Position numbers and translations under genes: made by a program
Assembly: GCA_038321985.1 (NCBI GenBank)
Contig: JBBQFN010000010.1
Location: 93,040-157,039 of the forward strand
DNA length: 64,000 bases
Reading direction: 5' to 3'
Source of the DNA: Cyanophyceae cyanobacterium
Lineage (GTDB): Bacteria; Cyanobacteriota; Cyanobacteriia; Cyanobacteriales; Laspinemataceae
Shown here: positions 1 through 10,837 of the stretch, in pieces
Numbering within the stretch: the stretch's first letter is position 1
How the letters are laid out: each line of letters begins with the position of its first letter
Notes under the pieces: generated by a model
What the model saw: the letters and a program-made list of their open reading frames with translations, nothing else
Databases searched by the model: none
Told to the model about the DNA's origin: nothing

Positions 1-771
1 ATCTTTTGCCGAGTCATAGTTAACATCCCCCGTCAGCTTGGATCGGCCTTCATAATCCGTCACGCGGTTGATGCCAACATCAATGACAACGGCACCGGGT
101 TTGACCATTTCTGCGGTGATCAGTTCGGGACGTCCGACAGCCACCACGAGGATGTCTGCATTGCGGGTAATAGCTGCTAAATCGGGCGATCGCGAATGAG
201 CCATTGTTACCGTAGCATCGGCTGCCAACAACATTAAGGCGATCGGTTTGCCCACTAGGATACTACGCCCGACAATCGTCGCTTGCTTTCCTCTGGGGTC
301 AATGCCATACTCTCTTAGCAGGACCATCACCCCGGCAGGGGTACAACTACAGAGTCCGGGTTCCCCCCGCATCAACCGTCCCAAATTCACCGGGTGCAAT
401 CCATCAACATCTTTGTCAGGATGGATGTAATTGATCGCCGCTACTGCATCCAGATGGTTCGGTAAAGGCAGTTGTACCAAAATTCCATCCACGCGATCGT
501 CTTCGTTGAGCTCCGCGATCGCCTGCATTAATTCTTCTTGAGTCGTCTTCTTGGGGAAATGCCGTCCGTATGAGGCGATGCCAACTTTCCCAGAGGACCG
601 TTCTTTATTACGAACGTAAGCAGCAGAGGCAGGATTATCCCCCACCATTAGAACGGCCAACCCAGGCGGACGACTGGCTTTCGCGGATAACGCTTCTACC
701 TGCGATCGCAGTTCGTCTTGGATTTTTTCAGCGACGGCTTTCCCGTCTATAATAACGGCTGTTTTGGACAT
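1..771 (-). CDS. folD: Bifunctional methylenetetrahydrofolate dehydrogenase/cyclohydrolase, 3' end runs off the window
   Basis: Manual minus-strand translation from ATG at 771: [18 protein letters not shown]...GILVQLPLP...KDVDGLHP...CTPAGV...GRSILVGKP...VIDVGINR; absent from the ORF track because there is no stop in the window. Confidence 0.95.
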   Translation of the reverse strand, partial: MSKTAVIIDGKAVAEKIQDELRSQVEALSAKASRPPGLAVLMVGDNPASAAYVRNKERSSGKVGIASYGRHFPKKTTQEELMQAIAELNEDDRVDGILVQLPLPNHLDAVAAINYIHPDKDVDGLHPVNLGRLMRGEPGLCSCTPAGVMVLLREYGIDPRGKQATIVGRSILVGKPIALMLLAADATVTMAHSRSPDLAAITRNADILVVAVGRPELITAEMVKPGAVVIDVGINRVTDYEGRSKLTGDVNYDSAKD

Positions 772-873
772 GATAAGCTTGGGCTTTGCTGGAATACTCC
801 GGCTACAGCGGTGAATATTGTTCTCTTGATTGTCTCATAGTCTGACTCGCGCAGATGGGGGAGAAGTTCGTTA

Positions 874-928
874 TAACGACTGAAGTCGTTTCTTCCCGTT
901 TTTAGTAACGACTGAAGTCGTTTCTTCC
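874..928. repeat. Two direct copies (874-896, 906-928) of palindromic TAACGACTGAAGTCGTTTCTTCC; member of a dispersed REP-like family
   Basis: Exact 23-bp duplication with 32-bp period; core AACGAC-TGAA-GTCGTT hairpin. Confidence 0.85.
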
Positions 929-1023
929 TTTTTGTAGCAGCAAAAATCTTGCATCGCACCAACTGGCAGGGGATCAAAACCTAGCCCTGTCAAGGCGTAT
1001 TTGTAGCAAACAAGTAGCAAGCA

Positions 1024-1149
1024 AGGGGCGCAAGCATTGCGCCCCTACAAGAAACAACGATTTTTCGTCATTAATTAAATTGACCCCCTTGAGAGAGAAA
1101 CCCCTGAAAGGGTTACTACAAACGTTCGTAGTGACTCCTTTAGGAGTCA
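1024..1149. repeat. Cluster of GTAG-led REP-like hairpins downstream of putA
   Basis: AGGGGCGCAA-GCA-TTGCGCCCCT-AC (1024-1048), AACCCCTGAAAGGGTTACTACAAAC (1099-1123), GTTCGTAGTGACTCCTTTAGGAGTCA (1124-1149). Confidence 0.75.
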
Positions 1150-1219
1150 TCTTGATGTAAGCACCTTGAAAGGGTTAGGGTTCAAAACCCCGCCAGTCTG
1201 CAAGACTTCTCAATCCCTC

Positions 1220-4198
1220 TTAATCCACTCCCTCAATCGGCGCAAATCCTTGGCGCTGAACGTTTTCGCTAACATGACGGGGTTCTAGGAATTGCAGCAG
1301 ATAATCCGGTCCTCCAGCTTTTGAACCGACCCCAGACAGCTTAAATCCGCCAAAGGGTTGTCGCGCTACGATCGCCCCAGTAATGCCCCGGTTAATATAC
1401 AGGTTGCCGACTTCAAACTCAGCGTAGGCACGATCAATATGAGAAGGGGTCCGGGAATATAACCCCCCAGTTAGGGCAAAATTTGTCCCGTTAGCAATTT
1501 CTAAGGCTTCGTCAAAATCTTTAGCCCGAATCACTGCTAACACTGGACCAAAAATTTCTTCTTGGGCGATCGCCGCATCAGGTTTGACGTTACTAAAAAT
1601 CGTGGGTCCAATAAAATAACCCTTCTCTGGAACCGCCATTTCTAGGACTAATTCCGCCTCAGCTTTCCCTTTAGTAATATACTCCCGAATGCGATCGCGG
1701 GCGTTGGCATCAATTACCGGTCCAATTTGGGTACTCATTGCTTCTGCTACCCCAACATTGAGCGATCGCGTAGCTTCAACCAACCGATTCACAAAGGTTT
1801 CATAAACGGGTTCTAACACAATTACCCGAGAACAAGCGGAGCATTTTTGTCCACTATATCCAAATGCCGATTGTACCACCCCTGCCACCGCTGGATCAAG
1901 GTCCGCACTTTCATCTACAATCACGGCATTTTTGCCACCCATTTCGGCAATCACCTTTTTCAGGTGTTTTTGTCCCGGTTGCAAAATAGCAGCTTCGGCA
2001 TAAATTTGACAGCCGACCTCTTGAGACCCCGTAAACACAATGGTATTTACATCGGGATGTTTGACCAGATAGGAACCCACGCTAGAGCCCTTACAGGGGA
2101 TATATTGAAATACCCCAGCCGGTATTCCTGCTTCGACTAAAATTTCGGCAAATTTAGCGGCAATTACGGATGAAACTTCCGCCGGTTTTAACAAGGTACA
2201 ATTCCCCGCCACCAACGAAGCAACAGTCATCCCAACCGGAATGGCAAAGGGGAAATTCCAAGGAGAAATGACAATCGTAATCCCCCGGGGTTGATAGTGA
2301 TAGCGGTTGGTTTCTCCAGCGACATCGTAATTGACTCCGCTATCAAGTCGTTCCATTTCATCGGCATAATAGCGACAAAAATCAATTCCCTCGGAGATTT
2401 CTGCATCACATTCCCGTAAGGGTTTGCCAACTTCTAATACCATCCACGCGGATAATTCATGGCGGCGTTGTTCCATTAAATCTCCGGCTTTCCGAAGTAA
2501 ATTAGCCCGATCGCCGGCGGGGGTGGTTCGCCACTGAGTTAAGGCAGCTTTTGCAGCGGCGATCGCCTGATCTGCCTGTTCCAGCGACATTAACCCAATT
2601 TTGCCAATCACTTCCGTAGGATTGGAAGGATTGACCGAATCTACGGTATTTGGGGCATTGATGCGATCGCCATTAATTAAAGGCAGATAAATTTTACCCA
2701 GTTGTTGCCGAACCGAGGCTAATGCCGTTGCCGCTTCTTCCCGTTCTTTGGTATCAGCATAATCGCGATCGGGTGCAGCATTGGGTAATGCTTTATTGTG
2801 AATGGCGATCGCCTGATTCCCGTTGGGTTGCGGGGGGCCAATTAAACTTTCAATCGGGCGATCTTCCTGACTTTGCCGCACAAACGAACTATTAGCTGTA
2901 TTTTCGAGTAAGCGGCGAATCAGATACGCCATCCCCGGCAATAGATCCCCATAAGGGCAATAAACCCGTACCCGATACCCCTGTTGCACCAGGGCTTTGG
3001 CGAGTTTATCTCCCATGCCGTAAAGCACCTGCATTTCAAAGCGACGGCGGGGGATATTCAGAGTCTGGGCGATCGCGATCGCGTGGGCTTGCGATCGGAC
3101 ATTATGAGACCCGATTGCAGCATACAAATATTCGTGATTTTCTAACAGCAACTGGGTCATCCATTCAAAATTAGCATCGGTTGCTGCTTTATCATTATAA
3201 ACAGGTTGATGCCAATGTTTTTGGATGGCTTTAATGGTTTCTTGGTCCCAATATGCCCCTTTAACTAAGCGTACTGTTACGGGATTTCCCCGCTTTTTCG
3301 CCCACTCAATTAACCCTTGCAGGTCTTTTTCACTATCTCGTAGATAGGCTTGCAAGGTGACGCCAATATCTGTGCGACTGCGGAATTCTTCTTCCATCAA
3401 CAACCGCTTTAAAATTGACAGGGTGAGGTCTTTATAATGATACTGTTCCATATCAAAATGGACCGCTGCCCCTACGGCTTGGGCGTGACGTAGCAGGGTG
3501 CGAATGCGATCAATCACGCGCGCTTCACTCCCCTCAGCATCAATGGGGTCAAATTGGGAATAAAATGCCGTTAATTTAACTGAAACCTGTACTTGGGAAA
3601 TGTTTTCCCCATCGGCTTCATCAATTTGAGGAACTTTAGACCATTTCTTAGCAACATCGGTGAGTTGAGTCATCAAATCTAGGTAGCGTTCTAGATAAGA
3701 TTGCGCCTCTGCTTCGGTAATCACCGCTTCCCCTAGCAAGTCCATTGTAAACCCCATTTTGTCTTTACGAAGACGTTCAATAGTTTTAAGGGCTTGCTTA
3801 ATATTTTCCCCGGAAATGTATTTTTGTGCCAGGGTTTCTACGGCAGTGGATACGGTGGTGGCTGCAATTTGACCGGGAACGGAATCCCCCCCACTAAACC
3901 CAATTAGTTTTTTGAGGGTGTCGGGGAGTTCTACTTCCTCCACGGTCAAGTATTCTTGTAAGTGACGAGCAATTTCCGGTTTGCTTCGTAATGCCGGCAG
4001 ACAGTCAATAAAGCGAAATAACTGGACCCGTAAACCGGGGTTGCTCATCGCCCAGTCCAGAATCTTATCATCCCAGCGCATTTGGTCTTGCAATTGGGCA
4101 AAAAATGAGCGCTTTTCCTGGGTTGCCGCCAGGAGTTGCTTGGCGATTTCTTGAGTTTTGGCTTCGTATGTTGTGCTTTTAGACGCTTGTACTACCAC
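1220..4198 (-). CDS. putA: Bifunctional proline dehydrogenase / L-glutamate gamma-semialdehyde (P5C) dehydrogenase
   Basis: PRODH motifs (FTMDLLGE, VRLVKGAYWD, YLIRRLLEN) plus ALDH motifs (ISPWNFP, EMGGKN, GQKCSA, EEIFGP). Confidence 0.96.
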   Translation of the reverse strand: MVVQASKSTTYEAKTQEIAKQLLAATQEKRSFFAQLQDQMRWDDKILDWAMSNPGLRVQLFRFIDCLPALRSKPEIARHLQEYLTVEEVELPDTLKKLIGFSGGDSVPGQIAATTVSTAVETLAQKYISGENIKQALKTIERLRKDKMGFTMDLLGEAVITEAEAQSYLERYLDLMTQLTDVAKKWSKVPQIDEADGENISQVQVSVKLTAFYSQFDPIDAEGSEARVIDRIRTLLRHAQAVGAAVHFDMEQYHYKDLTLSILKRLLMEEEFRSRTDIGVTLQAYLRDSEKDLQGLIEWAKKRGNPVTVRLVKGAYWDQETIKAIQKHWHQPVYNDKAATDANFEWMTQLLLENHEYLYAAIGSHNVRSQAHAIAIAQTLNIPRRRFEMQVLYGMGDKLAKALVQQGYRVRVYCPYGDLLPGMAYLIRRLLENTANSSFVRQSQEDRPIESLIGPPQPNGNQAIAIHNKALPNAAPDRDYADTKEREEAATALASVRQQLGKIYLPLINGDRINAPNTVDSVNPSNPTEVIGKIGLMSLEQADQAIAAAKAALTQWRTTPAGDRANLLRKAGDLMEQRRHELSAWMVLEVGKPLRECDAEISEGIDFCRYYADEMERLDSGVNYDVAGETNRYHYQPRGITIVISPWNFPFAIPVGMTVASLVAGNCTLLKPAEVSSVIAAKFAEILVEAGIPAGVFQYIPCKGSSVGSYLVKHPDVNTIVFTGSQEVGCQIYAEAAILQPGQKHLKKVIAEMGGKNAVIVDESADLDPAVAGVVQSAFGYSGQKCSACSRVIVLEPVYETFVNRLVEATRSLNVGVAEAMSTQIGPVIDANARDRIREYITKGKAEAELVLEMAVPEKGYFIGPTIFSNVKPDAAIAQEEIFGPVLAVIRAKDFDEALEIANGTNFALTGGLYSRTPSHIDRAYAEFEVGNLYINRGITGAIVARQPFGGFKLSGVGSKAGGPDYLLQFLEPRHVSENVQRQGFAPIEGVD

Positions 4199-4703
4199 GG
4201 CTGACTTTCCCCTTTTTCCACGTTACACGACGGGTCAGGTCTCCGACGCGATCGCGCCATTGACTGCCAAACTCAATATTATAACTTTTTTCCCAGTTTG
4301 ATTCTAGAAAAATCCCAGGCCAGAGGTGAAAATTTTCAGCATTTTTACTTAGGTTATCCAGGAATATTGGGCTGATTTAATGCAATAAATTCGTGATAAT
4401 TATCTAAAAATAGATAGGCTCATTTCAATCAATTAAACCCTAAAAATTGAGCAGAGGAAGCATCTCGCTCCCTACTACAATCCCGCATTTCCTACAAGGG
4501 AAAATGAACAAGGGCACGTCTGTTGCAATGAATCATCTAGTGCAAGCAAGGGAATGAGATGCTCCCTCTCTTTGAAAGAGTTCGCCAATTCATGTAGACT
4601 CCCTACCTTAAACCTTGACTTCGACTCATTTTGACAGATCCTAGTTAGTTCCAATAAATTTATACAAAACTACACCCATTTAAGCCAAATTAATTGATGC
4701 AAT

Positions 4704-6020
4704 TTATCCCCCATATTCAAAGAGAATTTCATTCCGTTCTACTGCATCTAAATGCCCTTGACTAGAATATCCATTAAACAGGTTGTGGACTGCGGATGGA
4801 GGAAGTAATGTCGTATGCCACGTCTGCAAGAAGTTCTTTAAGAGTTTATCCTGTTCCTGTCGAAATCCATCTAAATAATTGCCTCGGTTGAGAATAGCAA
4901 AACAAATCCAGCCTTTATCCTCGGTGGGCAGGATTCCCGCGAGGGCGCTGACATCCCATAAAGTGCCGGTTTTGACGACTGCACCCCCAGGAATCTCTCG
5001 GTAGTCCATTGTTCCGCCATCGCGACCCGCGACGGGAAATAAATCACTTAAGTTGAGATTGTGGGGTTGTAAAAATTGTTGGATTGCCATAAACATTCCA
5101 CAAGTGGCCCGGGGAGAAATTTGATTTTCTTGTCCCAAACCCGACCCATTAATTAGCTGAATTTCTGACAGGGGAACTCCGGCTGCTTCGGCGGAAAGTT
5201 TACGAACTTGGTTGATTCCCCCCAAAGAATCAGCTAACATTTGAGCCATGACGTTATTGCTGTAAATGTTCATCTGTTTTAACAGCTCACGCAAGGGCAG
5301 GGACCGATGGCGGACTAATAAGGTTTGGTTGGGAATCGGTTTGTCGGCGATCGCAATTTTTCCGGCGATCGCGACTTGAGGTTTCCGAGTCCCCGGTGCC
5401 ATTTGCCAATATGCATAATCTGCCTCCGGGGTCCAGAGGCTCTCATTCAGTGCCTCTCGCAACATTTCGCCACTCACTTCGGGATTCTCGTAAAAATTCA
5501 TCGAGAAGTTGCCCGTAATAATTAAATTACCCGTTACGCGACGAATCCCCATTTGATTTAGGGTATTACCGAGAACGATCGCCTCTTCCCAAATGAAAAA
5601 CGGATCATCTCCCCCGGTGATAATTAAATCCCCCTGTAAAACCCCATCAACAATTTCACCCTGAGTCCCGATCAGAATTTCAAATTGATGATTGATGTCC
5701 CACGTTAACAACGACGCTAAAGAGGTGGCGACTTTCGTAATTGAAGCCGCAGGAAGGGGAACCGTCCCCTGGTTGTTGGCAAGGAGTTGATGACTCGATT
5801 GCACCCATACCCCTTGAGCTTCGGTGGGTAGGCCCTTGACGACCAATCCCTGCAAGTATTGCTGCACCTGCTGCTCAGTGGCTGGATCCGCAATTTGACT
5901 AAGAACGTAGCCCGGAATTGCCGGTCCCACCACTAACTCGACTGCATTTTCCCGAGGGAGTTTTAGCCCCATCATATCCAACCAGACCGAGAGCAAACCA
6001 GAACTGAGTAAATCCAGCAT
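4704..6020 (-). CDS. dacB: D-alanyl-D-alanine carboxypeptidase/endopeptidase (PBP4, peptidase S13)
   Basis: SxxK (ASITK), SNN and KTG motifs; likely start ATG at 6020 (MLDLLSSG), ORF open to 6092. Confidence 0.88.
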   Translation of the reverse strand: MLDLLSSGLLSVWLDMMGLKLPRENAVELVVGPAIPGYVLSQIADPATEQQVQQYLQGLVVKGLPTEAQGVWVQSSHQLLANNQGTVPLPAASITKVATSLASLLTWDINHQFEILIGTQGEIVDGVLQGDLIITGGDDPFFIWEEAIVLGNTLNQMGIRRVTGNLIITGNFSMNFYENPEVSGEMLREALNESLWTPEADYAYWQMAPGTRKPQVAIAGKIAIADKPIPNQTLLVRHRSLPLRELLKQMNIYSNNVMAQMLADSLGGINQVRKLSAEAAGVPLSEIQLINGSGLGQENQISPRATCGMFMAIQQFLQPHNLNLSDLFPVAGRDGGTMDYREIPGGAVVKTGTLWDVSALAGILPTEDKGWICFAILNRGNYLDGFRQEQDKLLKNFLQTWHTTLLPPSAVHNLFNGYSSQGHLDAVERNEILFEYGG

Positions 6021-6229
6021 TACCACAAATTCGTAAAGCGTTCTATTATCCTTTTTACAGTGTTTTGTCAGCGATACCCTAAAAAGAAGCAAGGAATGAG
6101 AGGGGCTTCACCTTGCCGATCAGGGCTTCTTAGCAATACCGAAAAATTTTTTCCAGAATCGATTTGTAAGATTTATGCGTTGGTTTAAGGCTTCTGGTAA
6201 AATTTGTAAGGTTTCTATGACTTCGATCA

Positions 6230-7297
6230 ATGGGATCTTCACGGGCACGGATCGCTATAGATGCTATGGGCGGGGATAATGCCCCCGCAGCAATCGTCAC
6301 GGGAGCGCTTAAAGCAGCCTCTGAGTTGGACGTAGATATTCTTTTGGTTGGCGATCCTGAAAAGATCGATACCTGCCTCAAGGAACATCAAAAAGACGCC
6401 AACTTCCCCAATCTGAATCAGGTGGAAATTGTTCCCGCTGATGAGGTGGTGGAAATGCATGAGGAGCCTTTAAGCGCGTTAAAACGGAAGCGTAATGCTT
6501 CCATTCGGGTGGCTATGGAATTGGTGAAAAATAACCAAGCCCAGGCCATTGTTTCAGCAGGGCACTCCGGTGCGGCAATGGCGGCAGCCCTTTTACATTT
6601 GGGGCGGCTGCGAGGTATTGACCGGCCAGCCATTGGTGCCATTTTTCCGACGAGTGTTCCCAATAAGTCCGTTCTGATTTTGGATGTGGGGGCGAACGTT
6701 GATTGTCGTCCTAAGTTCCTAGAACAGTTCGCGGTGATGGGAACGATTTACAGCCAATACGTTTTGGGGGTAGAAGAACCCAAGGTAGGACTGCTCAATA
6801 TTGGGGAAGAACCCTCGAAGGGCAACGATCAGGCCGTTCGCACCCATCAGATGTTGGTTGACAATCCACTGGTTCCCTTTTACGGGAACGCGGAGGGTCG
6901 CGACATTCTGTCGGGTAACTTTGATGTGATCGTCTGTGATGGCTTTGTCGGTAACGTTGTGTTGAAATTCGCCGAGGGTCTTGGGGAAATTGTTCTCAAT
7001 ATTCTCAAAGAAGAGTTGACCCAGGGAATCCAAGGGAAAATCGGGGTTACCCTGTTAAAACCCAGTTTGAAACGGTTTAAACAACGGGTCGATCATGTAG
7101 AACGGGGAGGCGGCTTATTATTGGGAGTCGCCGGAATTTGCATTATTACTCATGGCAGTTCCCAAGGTGCCACGGTTTATAATGCGATTCGTTTGGCCAA
7201 AGATGCCATCGACCACAATGTGATCGATCGAATGCAGTCTCAGTTTGAATTGCACAAGCAGCTAACGGCAGTACCCGAACCGACGGCTGAAAGTTAA
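6230..7297 (+). CDS. plsX: Phosphate acyltransferase PlsX
   Basis: IAIDAMGGDNAP, SAGHSGA, IDRPAI, LDVGAN, LLNIGEE; first gene of plsX-fabH-fabD-plsC. Confidence 0.97.
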   Translation: MGSSRARIAIDAMGGDNAPAAIVTGALKAASELDVDILLVGDPEKIDTCLKEHQKDANFPNLNQVEIVPADEVVEMHEEPLSALKRKRNASIRVAMELVKNNQAQAIVSAGHSGAAMAAALLHLGRLRGIDRPAIGAIFPTSVPNKSVLILDVGANVDCRPKFLEQFAVMGTIYSQYVLGVEEPKVGLLNIGEEPSKGNDQAVRTHQMLVDNPLVPFYGNAEGRDILSGNFDVIVCDGFVGNVVLKFAEGLGEIVLNILKEELTQGIQGKIGVTLLKPSLKRFKQRVDHVERGGGLLLGVAGICIITHGSSQGATVYNAIRLAKDAIDHNVIDRMQSQFELHKQLTAVPEPTAES

Positions 7298-7379
7298 CGG
7301 TACCGATCCGGCTGCGATCGCGCCTGGGATACTCGAAATAACCGCGTATGACTCAAGAACCGACCGAGGGAGAATCAGT

Positions 7380-8378
7380 TTGAAAGAAATAGGGGTAGGC
7401 ATTGCAATTACAGGAAGCGGTTCGGCGACTCCAACGAACGCCCTAGATAATCAAGCGCTTTGTCAGATGGTGGAGACTTCGGAGGAGTGGATCGAGTCTC
7501 GCACGGGGATTCGTTCCCGTCGGGTGGCTTCGATTGAAGAGTCACTGACCGAACTGGCGACTCAGGCAGCCCGAGAGGCAGTCGCCATGTCCGGTATCCA
7601 ACCCACGGACCTAGATTTGATTGTTCTGGCGACTTCGACGGCAGATGACCTGTTTGGCAGTGCTTCCAAAATTCAGGCTAATCTAGGGGCAACAAGGGCA
7701 GTCGCTTTTGACCTCACCGCTGCCTGTTCGGGGTTTCTGTTTGGTTTCGTCACCGCGGCCCAATTTGTCCGCACGGGGGTCTACAAAAATGTCCTGGTGA
7801 TTGGGGCTGATGTCCTTTCGCGCTGGGTGGATTGGAGCGATCGCCGCACCTGTATTTTGTTTGGCGATGGTGCCGGTGCCGTGGTGATGCAGGCCAACAC
7901 CACTCGTGATCGCCTCCTCGGTTTTGAACTGTGCAGCGATGGTACCCAAAATGACTGTCTGACTCTGGCTTTCCAACCCCAAGAAAAAGCCCTCACCCCT
8001 ACGGTGTCCGTTGGCCCAGGCACCTATCAGTTCATCGAAATGAATGGTAAAGAAGTCTACCGATTCGCCGTAAAACGAGTGCCGGAAGTCATCGAAAAAG
8101 CCCTATATCGAGCGGATATTGGGGTCGATCGCGTGGACTGGCTGTTGCTGCATCAAGCCAATCAGCGCATTCTCGATGCCGTCGCCGTCAGACTTAACAT
8201 TCCCACCCATAAAGTCTTGGGCAATCTCGCCAACTATGGCAACACCTCCGCTGCTTCTATCCCGATCGCCTTGGATGAAGCGGTGCGATCGGGCAAAATT
8301 CAACCCGGAGATGTGATTGCCGCTGCCGGTTTTGGTGCTGGGCTGACTTGGGGTTCTGCCATTTTTGAATGGGGGTAA
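7380..8378 (+). CDS. fabH: 3-oxoacyl-ACP synthase III
   Basis: AACSGF (catalytic Cys), HQAN, GNTSAAS, GFGAGLTWG. Confidence 0.97.
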   Translation: MKEIGVGIAITGSGSATPTNALDNQALCQMVETSEEWIESRTGIRSRRVASIEESLTELATQAAREAVAMSGIQPTDLDLIVLATSTADDLFGSASKIQANLGATRAVAFDLTAACSGFLFGFVTAAQFVRTGVYKNVLVIGADVLSRWVDWSDRRTCILFGDGAGAVVMQANTTRDRLLGFELCSDGTQNDCLTLAFQPQEKALTPTVSVGPGTYQFIEMNGKEVYRFAVKRVPEVIEKALYRADIGVDRVDWLLLHQANQRILDAVAVRLNIPTHKVLGNLANYGNTSAASIPIALDEAVRSGKIQPGDVIAAAGFGAGLTWGSAIFEWG

Positions 8379-8435
8379 CCCACCCGAAGTCACTCTCCCT
8401 CTATTTATTGACCCCTAACAACGAACAACTGACTA

Positions 8436-9317
8436 ATGACGAAAACAGCATGGGTGTTTCCGGGACAGGGTTCCCAAGCCCTAGGCATGGGCGGAGATTT
8501 AGCAACCCTACCCATCGCTCAAGAAAAATATGCCGCCGCTGAGACCATTCTCGGCTGGTCCGTTCTGGAAATTTGCACCAGCGCCGAAGATAAACTCACC
8601 AGCAGTCTCTACACCCAACCGAGTCTCTACGTTGTCGAGAGCATTCTGGCTGATTTAATGCGCGATCGCGCTCAACAGCCTGACTTGGTTGCCGGTCATA
8701 GTTTGGGCGAATATGTTGCCCTCTATGCCGCTGGGGTCTTTGACTTCGAGACGGGATTACAACTGGTCAAACATCGGGCAGAATTAATGAACACGATTGC
8801 CGGGGGCCAAATGACGGCCCTAATTGGCTTTAACCGGGAACAGCTTGAGGAGCAAATTCGGGCCACCCCCGATGTGGTCCTAGCCAATGACAACAGTGAC
8901 GGTCAAGTGGTCATTTCGGGGACTCCTGAAGCTGTAGATGCAGTTGTCGCAGCCATCAAGGTAAAACGCGCCGTCAAATTAAATGTCGCCGGTGCGTTTC
9001 ATTCCCCCTTCATGGAACCCGCACAGGTTGAATTCCAAAAAGCTCTCGATGCGGTTCCCTTTACCGATGCAATAGTTGCGGTTTTATCTAATACCGACCC
9101 CACCCCCGAAACGAGAGCCGAAGTTTTAAAACAACGTCTCTCTAAGCAGATGACGGGTTCGGTGCGGTGGCGGGAAATCATGTTACAACTCCCCCAGGAA
9201 GGCATCAACCAGGTCGTAGAAATTGGCCCGGGCAAGGTACTCAGTAATTTAATCAAACGCACTTGTTCCGATCTCGTCCTTGCCAATGTCAGCACGGTAG
9301 CTGACTTACCGGGATAA
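8436..9317 (+). CDS. fabD: Malonyl-CoA:ACP transacylase
   Basis: FPGQGSQ, GHSLGEY, AFHSP. Confidence 0.97.
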   Translation: MTKTAWVFPGQGSQALGMGGDLATLPIAQEKYAAAETILGWSVLEICTSAEDKLTSSLYTQPSLYVVESILADLMRDRAQQPDLVAGHSLGEYVALYAAGVFDFETGLQLVKHRAELMNTIAGGQMTALIGFNREQLEEQIRATPDVVLANDNSDGQVVISGTPEAVDAVVAAIKVKRAVKLNVAGAFHSPFMEPAQVEFQKALDAVPFTDAIVAVLSNTDPTPETRAEVLKQRLSKQMTGSVRWREIMLQLPQEGINQVVEIGPGKVLSNLIKRTCSDLVLANVSTVADLPG

Positions 9318-9392
9318 TTTTCCCCCAACAGACGCCCTAATTTATTGCGTCTGTTTTTCCCCTAATTTCTAATCATTGATTCCTCATTTCTT

Positions 9393-10031
9393 GTGGAAAA
9401 AAACCGCGAACCTGTTGTCAGCTTACTTCTGTATCGCTTGTTTAAGTGGTCAGTGATTAGCCCCTTACTTCATACCTACTTCCGGGGACGGATCTATGGT
9501 GCTGAAAACGTGCCCATGTCAGGTCCTCTGGTTGTGGTTAGCAATCATGCCAGTGATTATGACCCCCCGATTCTGGCTAGCTGTATGAATCGCCCGGTCG
9601 CTTTTATGGCTAAGGAGGAATTATTTAAAGTTCCTGCTTTAAGAGAAGCAATTACGTTATATGGGGCCTATCCAGTTCGCCGAGGTGCGGGCGATCGCGC
9701 TGCGATGCGGGCGGCATTGTCTGTCCTAGATGCGGGTTGGGCAACAGGGCTATTTTTGGACGGAACCCGGAGCCCCGATGCACGCATTCACGACCCTAAA
9801 CTCGGGGCGGCATTGATTGCAGCTAAGGCTCAAGTGCCTCTGTTGCCGGTGAGTTTGTGGGGAACCCAGGCGATCGTTAAAAAAGGCGCACTGATTCCCA
9901 AACCGGTCCCGGTGACAATCCGCATCGCAGAGGTAATCCCCGCCCCAACTTCTACGAAGCGAGAAGAATTAGAGGCAATAACCCAGCAGTGTGTACAGGT
10001 AATTCATGGGTTACATGATTTAGGCCGCTGA
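9393..10031 (+). CDS. plsC: 1-acyl-sn-glycerol-3-phosphate acyltransferase
   Basis: NHASDYD (HxxxxD), FMAKEELF, FLDGTRS; operon context. Confidence 0.9.
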   Translation: MEKNREPVVSLLLYRLFKWSVISPLLHTYFRGRIYGAENVPMSGPLVVVSNHASDYDPPILASCMNRPVAFMAKEELFKVPALREAITLYGAYPVRRGAGDRAAMRAALSVLDAGWATGLFLDGTRSPDARIHDPKLGAALIAAKAQVPLLPVSLWGTQAIVKKGALIPKPVPVTIRIAEVIPAPTSTKREELEAITQQCVQVIHGLHDLGR

Positions 10032-10082
10032 TTCATTTGAGGGAGATGAGGGTGGTTCAACAACCAGCTTCCCCCATCTCTA

Positions 10083-10697
10083 CTAATCTTCTTCCCCAGG
10101 ACTGGATGGGGCAAACCTGGCTCCCGTGAGGCCGGTAGTTACCCACAAAATAGCTCGGGCTCCATCACGAATTGCTTTTTCAAGGGGTTCGGGCGATCGC
10201 CCCGAGGGTACGGGTAGGGATTTGAAGGTAATCCCTCGACTCCCTAGGACAATCTCTCCAATCACCTGGGCGCGGCGCATATGGTCATCTGAGGTAACCA
10301 AATACACGCTCTCAATCCCGTGGGACTTCAATTCATCGACTAGAGTTGTAAAATTGGTAACCGTATCCTGGGCTTGATAGTCTAGATGCACCCGCGTCAG
10401 GTCAATCCCAGCTTCTGAGAAAACCCATTCGGCATATTCTGGATTGCTGCCACCGGAGACCCAGATCTCTAACTGGGGATTTTTTTGGGCAAACTCTGCC
10501 GCAAATTCTTCTCGCTCTAAAGCCCCACCCAAAACCAACAGCGCTTGGGGGGTATCAATATAGTTTCTGACTTGTTTGTAGGCGATCGAGCCTATCAGGG
10601 ACAATCCCAAAAGCAGCCATACCAAAGATCTGCCTGGGGATTGCTTCGTTTTTGCACTCCTGTGAAGTCTTCCTTTCAGACAGATCTTCAACAACAT
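10083..10697 (-). CDS. YdcF/DUF218 family membrane-anchored protein
   Basis: N-terminal TM segment, LVLGG, VSGG, DTVTNF, LVTSDDHMRRA. Confidence 0.85.
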   Translation of the reverse strand: MLLKICLKGRLHRSAKTKQSPGRSLVWLLLGLSLIGSIAYKQVRNYIDTPQALLVLGGALEREEFAAEFAQKNPQLEIWVSGGSNPEYAEWVFSEAGIDLTRVHLDYQAQDTVTNFTTLVDELKSHGIESVYLVTSDDHMRRAQVIGEIVLGSRGITFKSLPVPSGRSPEPLEKAIRDGARAILWVTTGLTGARFAPSSPGEED

Positions 10698-10740
10698 ATC
10701 TCAAGTTACCAACTATTTATTCAGTAGTCACGGAACCAGT

Positions 10741-10769
10741 CCCCGGATTTCGTGATCCACGAACCGGGG
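10741..10769 (-). terminator. GC-rich hairpin downstream of tRNA-Arg (putative terminator or processing stem)
   Basis: CCCCGG..TTCGTG-ATC-CACGAA-CCGGGG inverted repeat about 30 nt past the tRNA 3' end; no clear U-tract. Confidence 0.4.
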
Positions 10770-10837
10770 GCAAGATTTCATACTATAGACTAACAGAGAA
10801 CGGGACTGGCCGGATTTGAACCGGCGACCTAGCGCTT

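Noticed and set aside
874..928. Possible CRISPR mini-array (palindromic 23-bp direct repeats)
   Set aside because: Only two copies with a 9-bp spacer, no cas genes in the window, and the same motif is dispersed at gene ends in both orientations.
747..977. 76-aa minus-strand ORF
   Set aside because: Built largely from the repeat copies and overlaps the folD start; no protein-like features.
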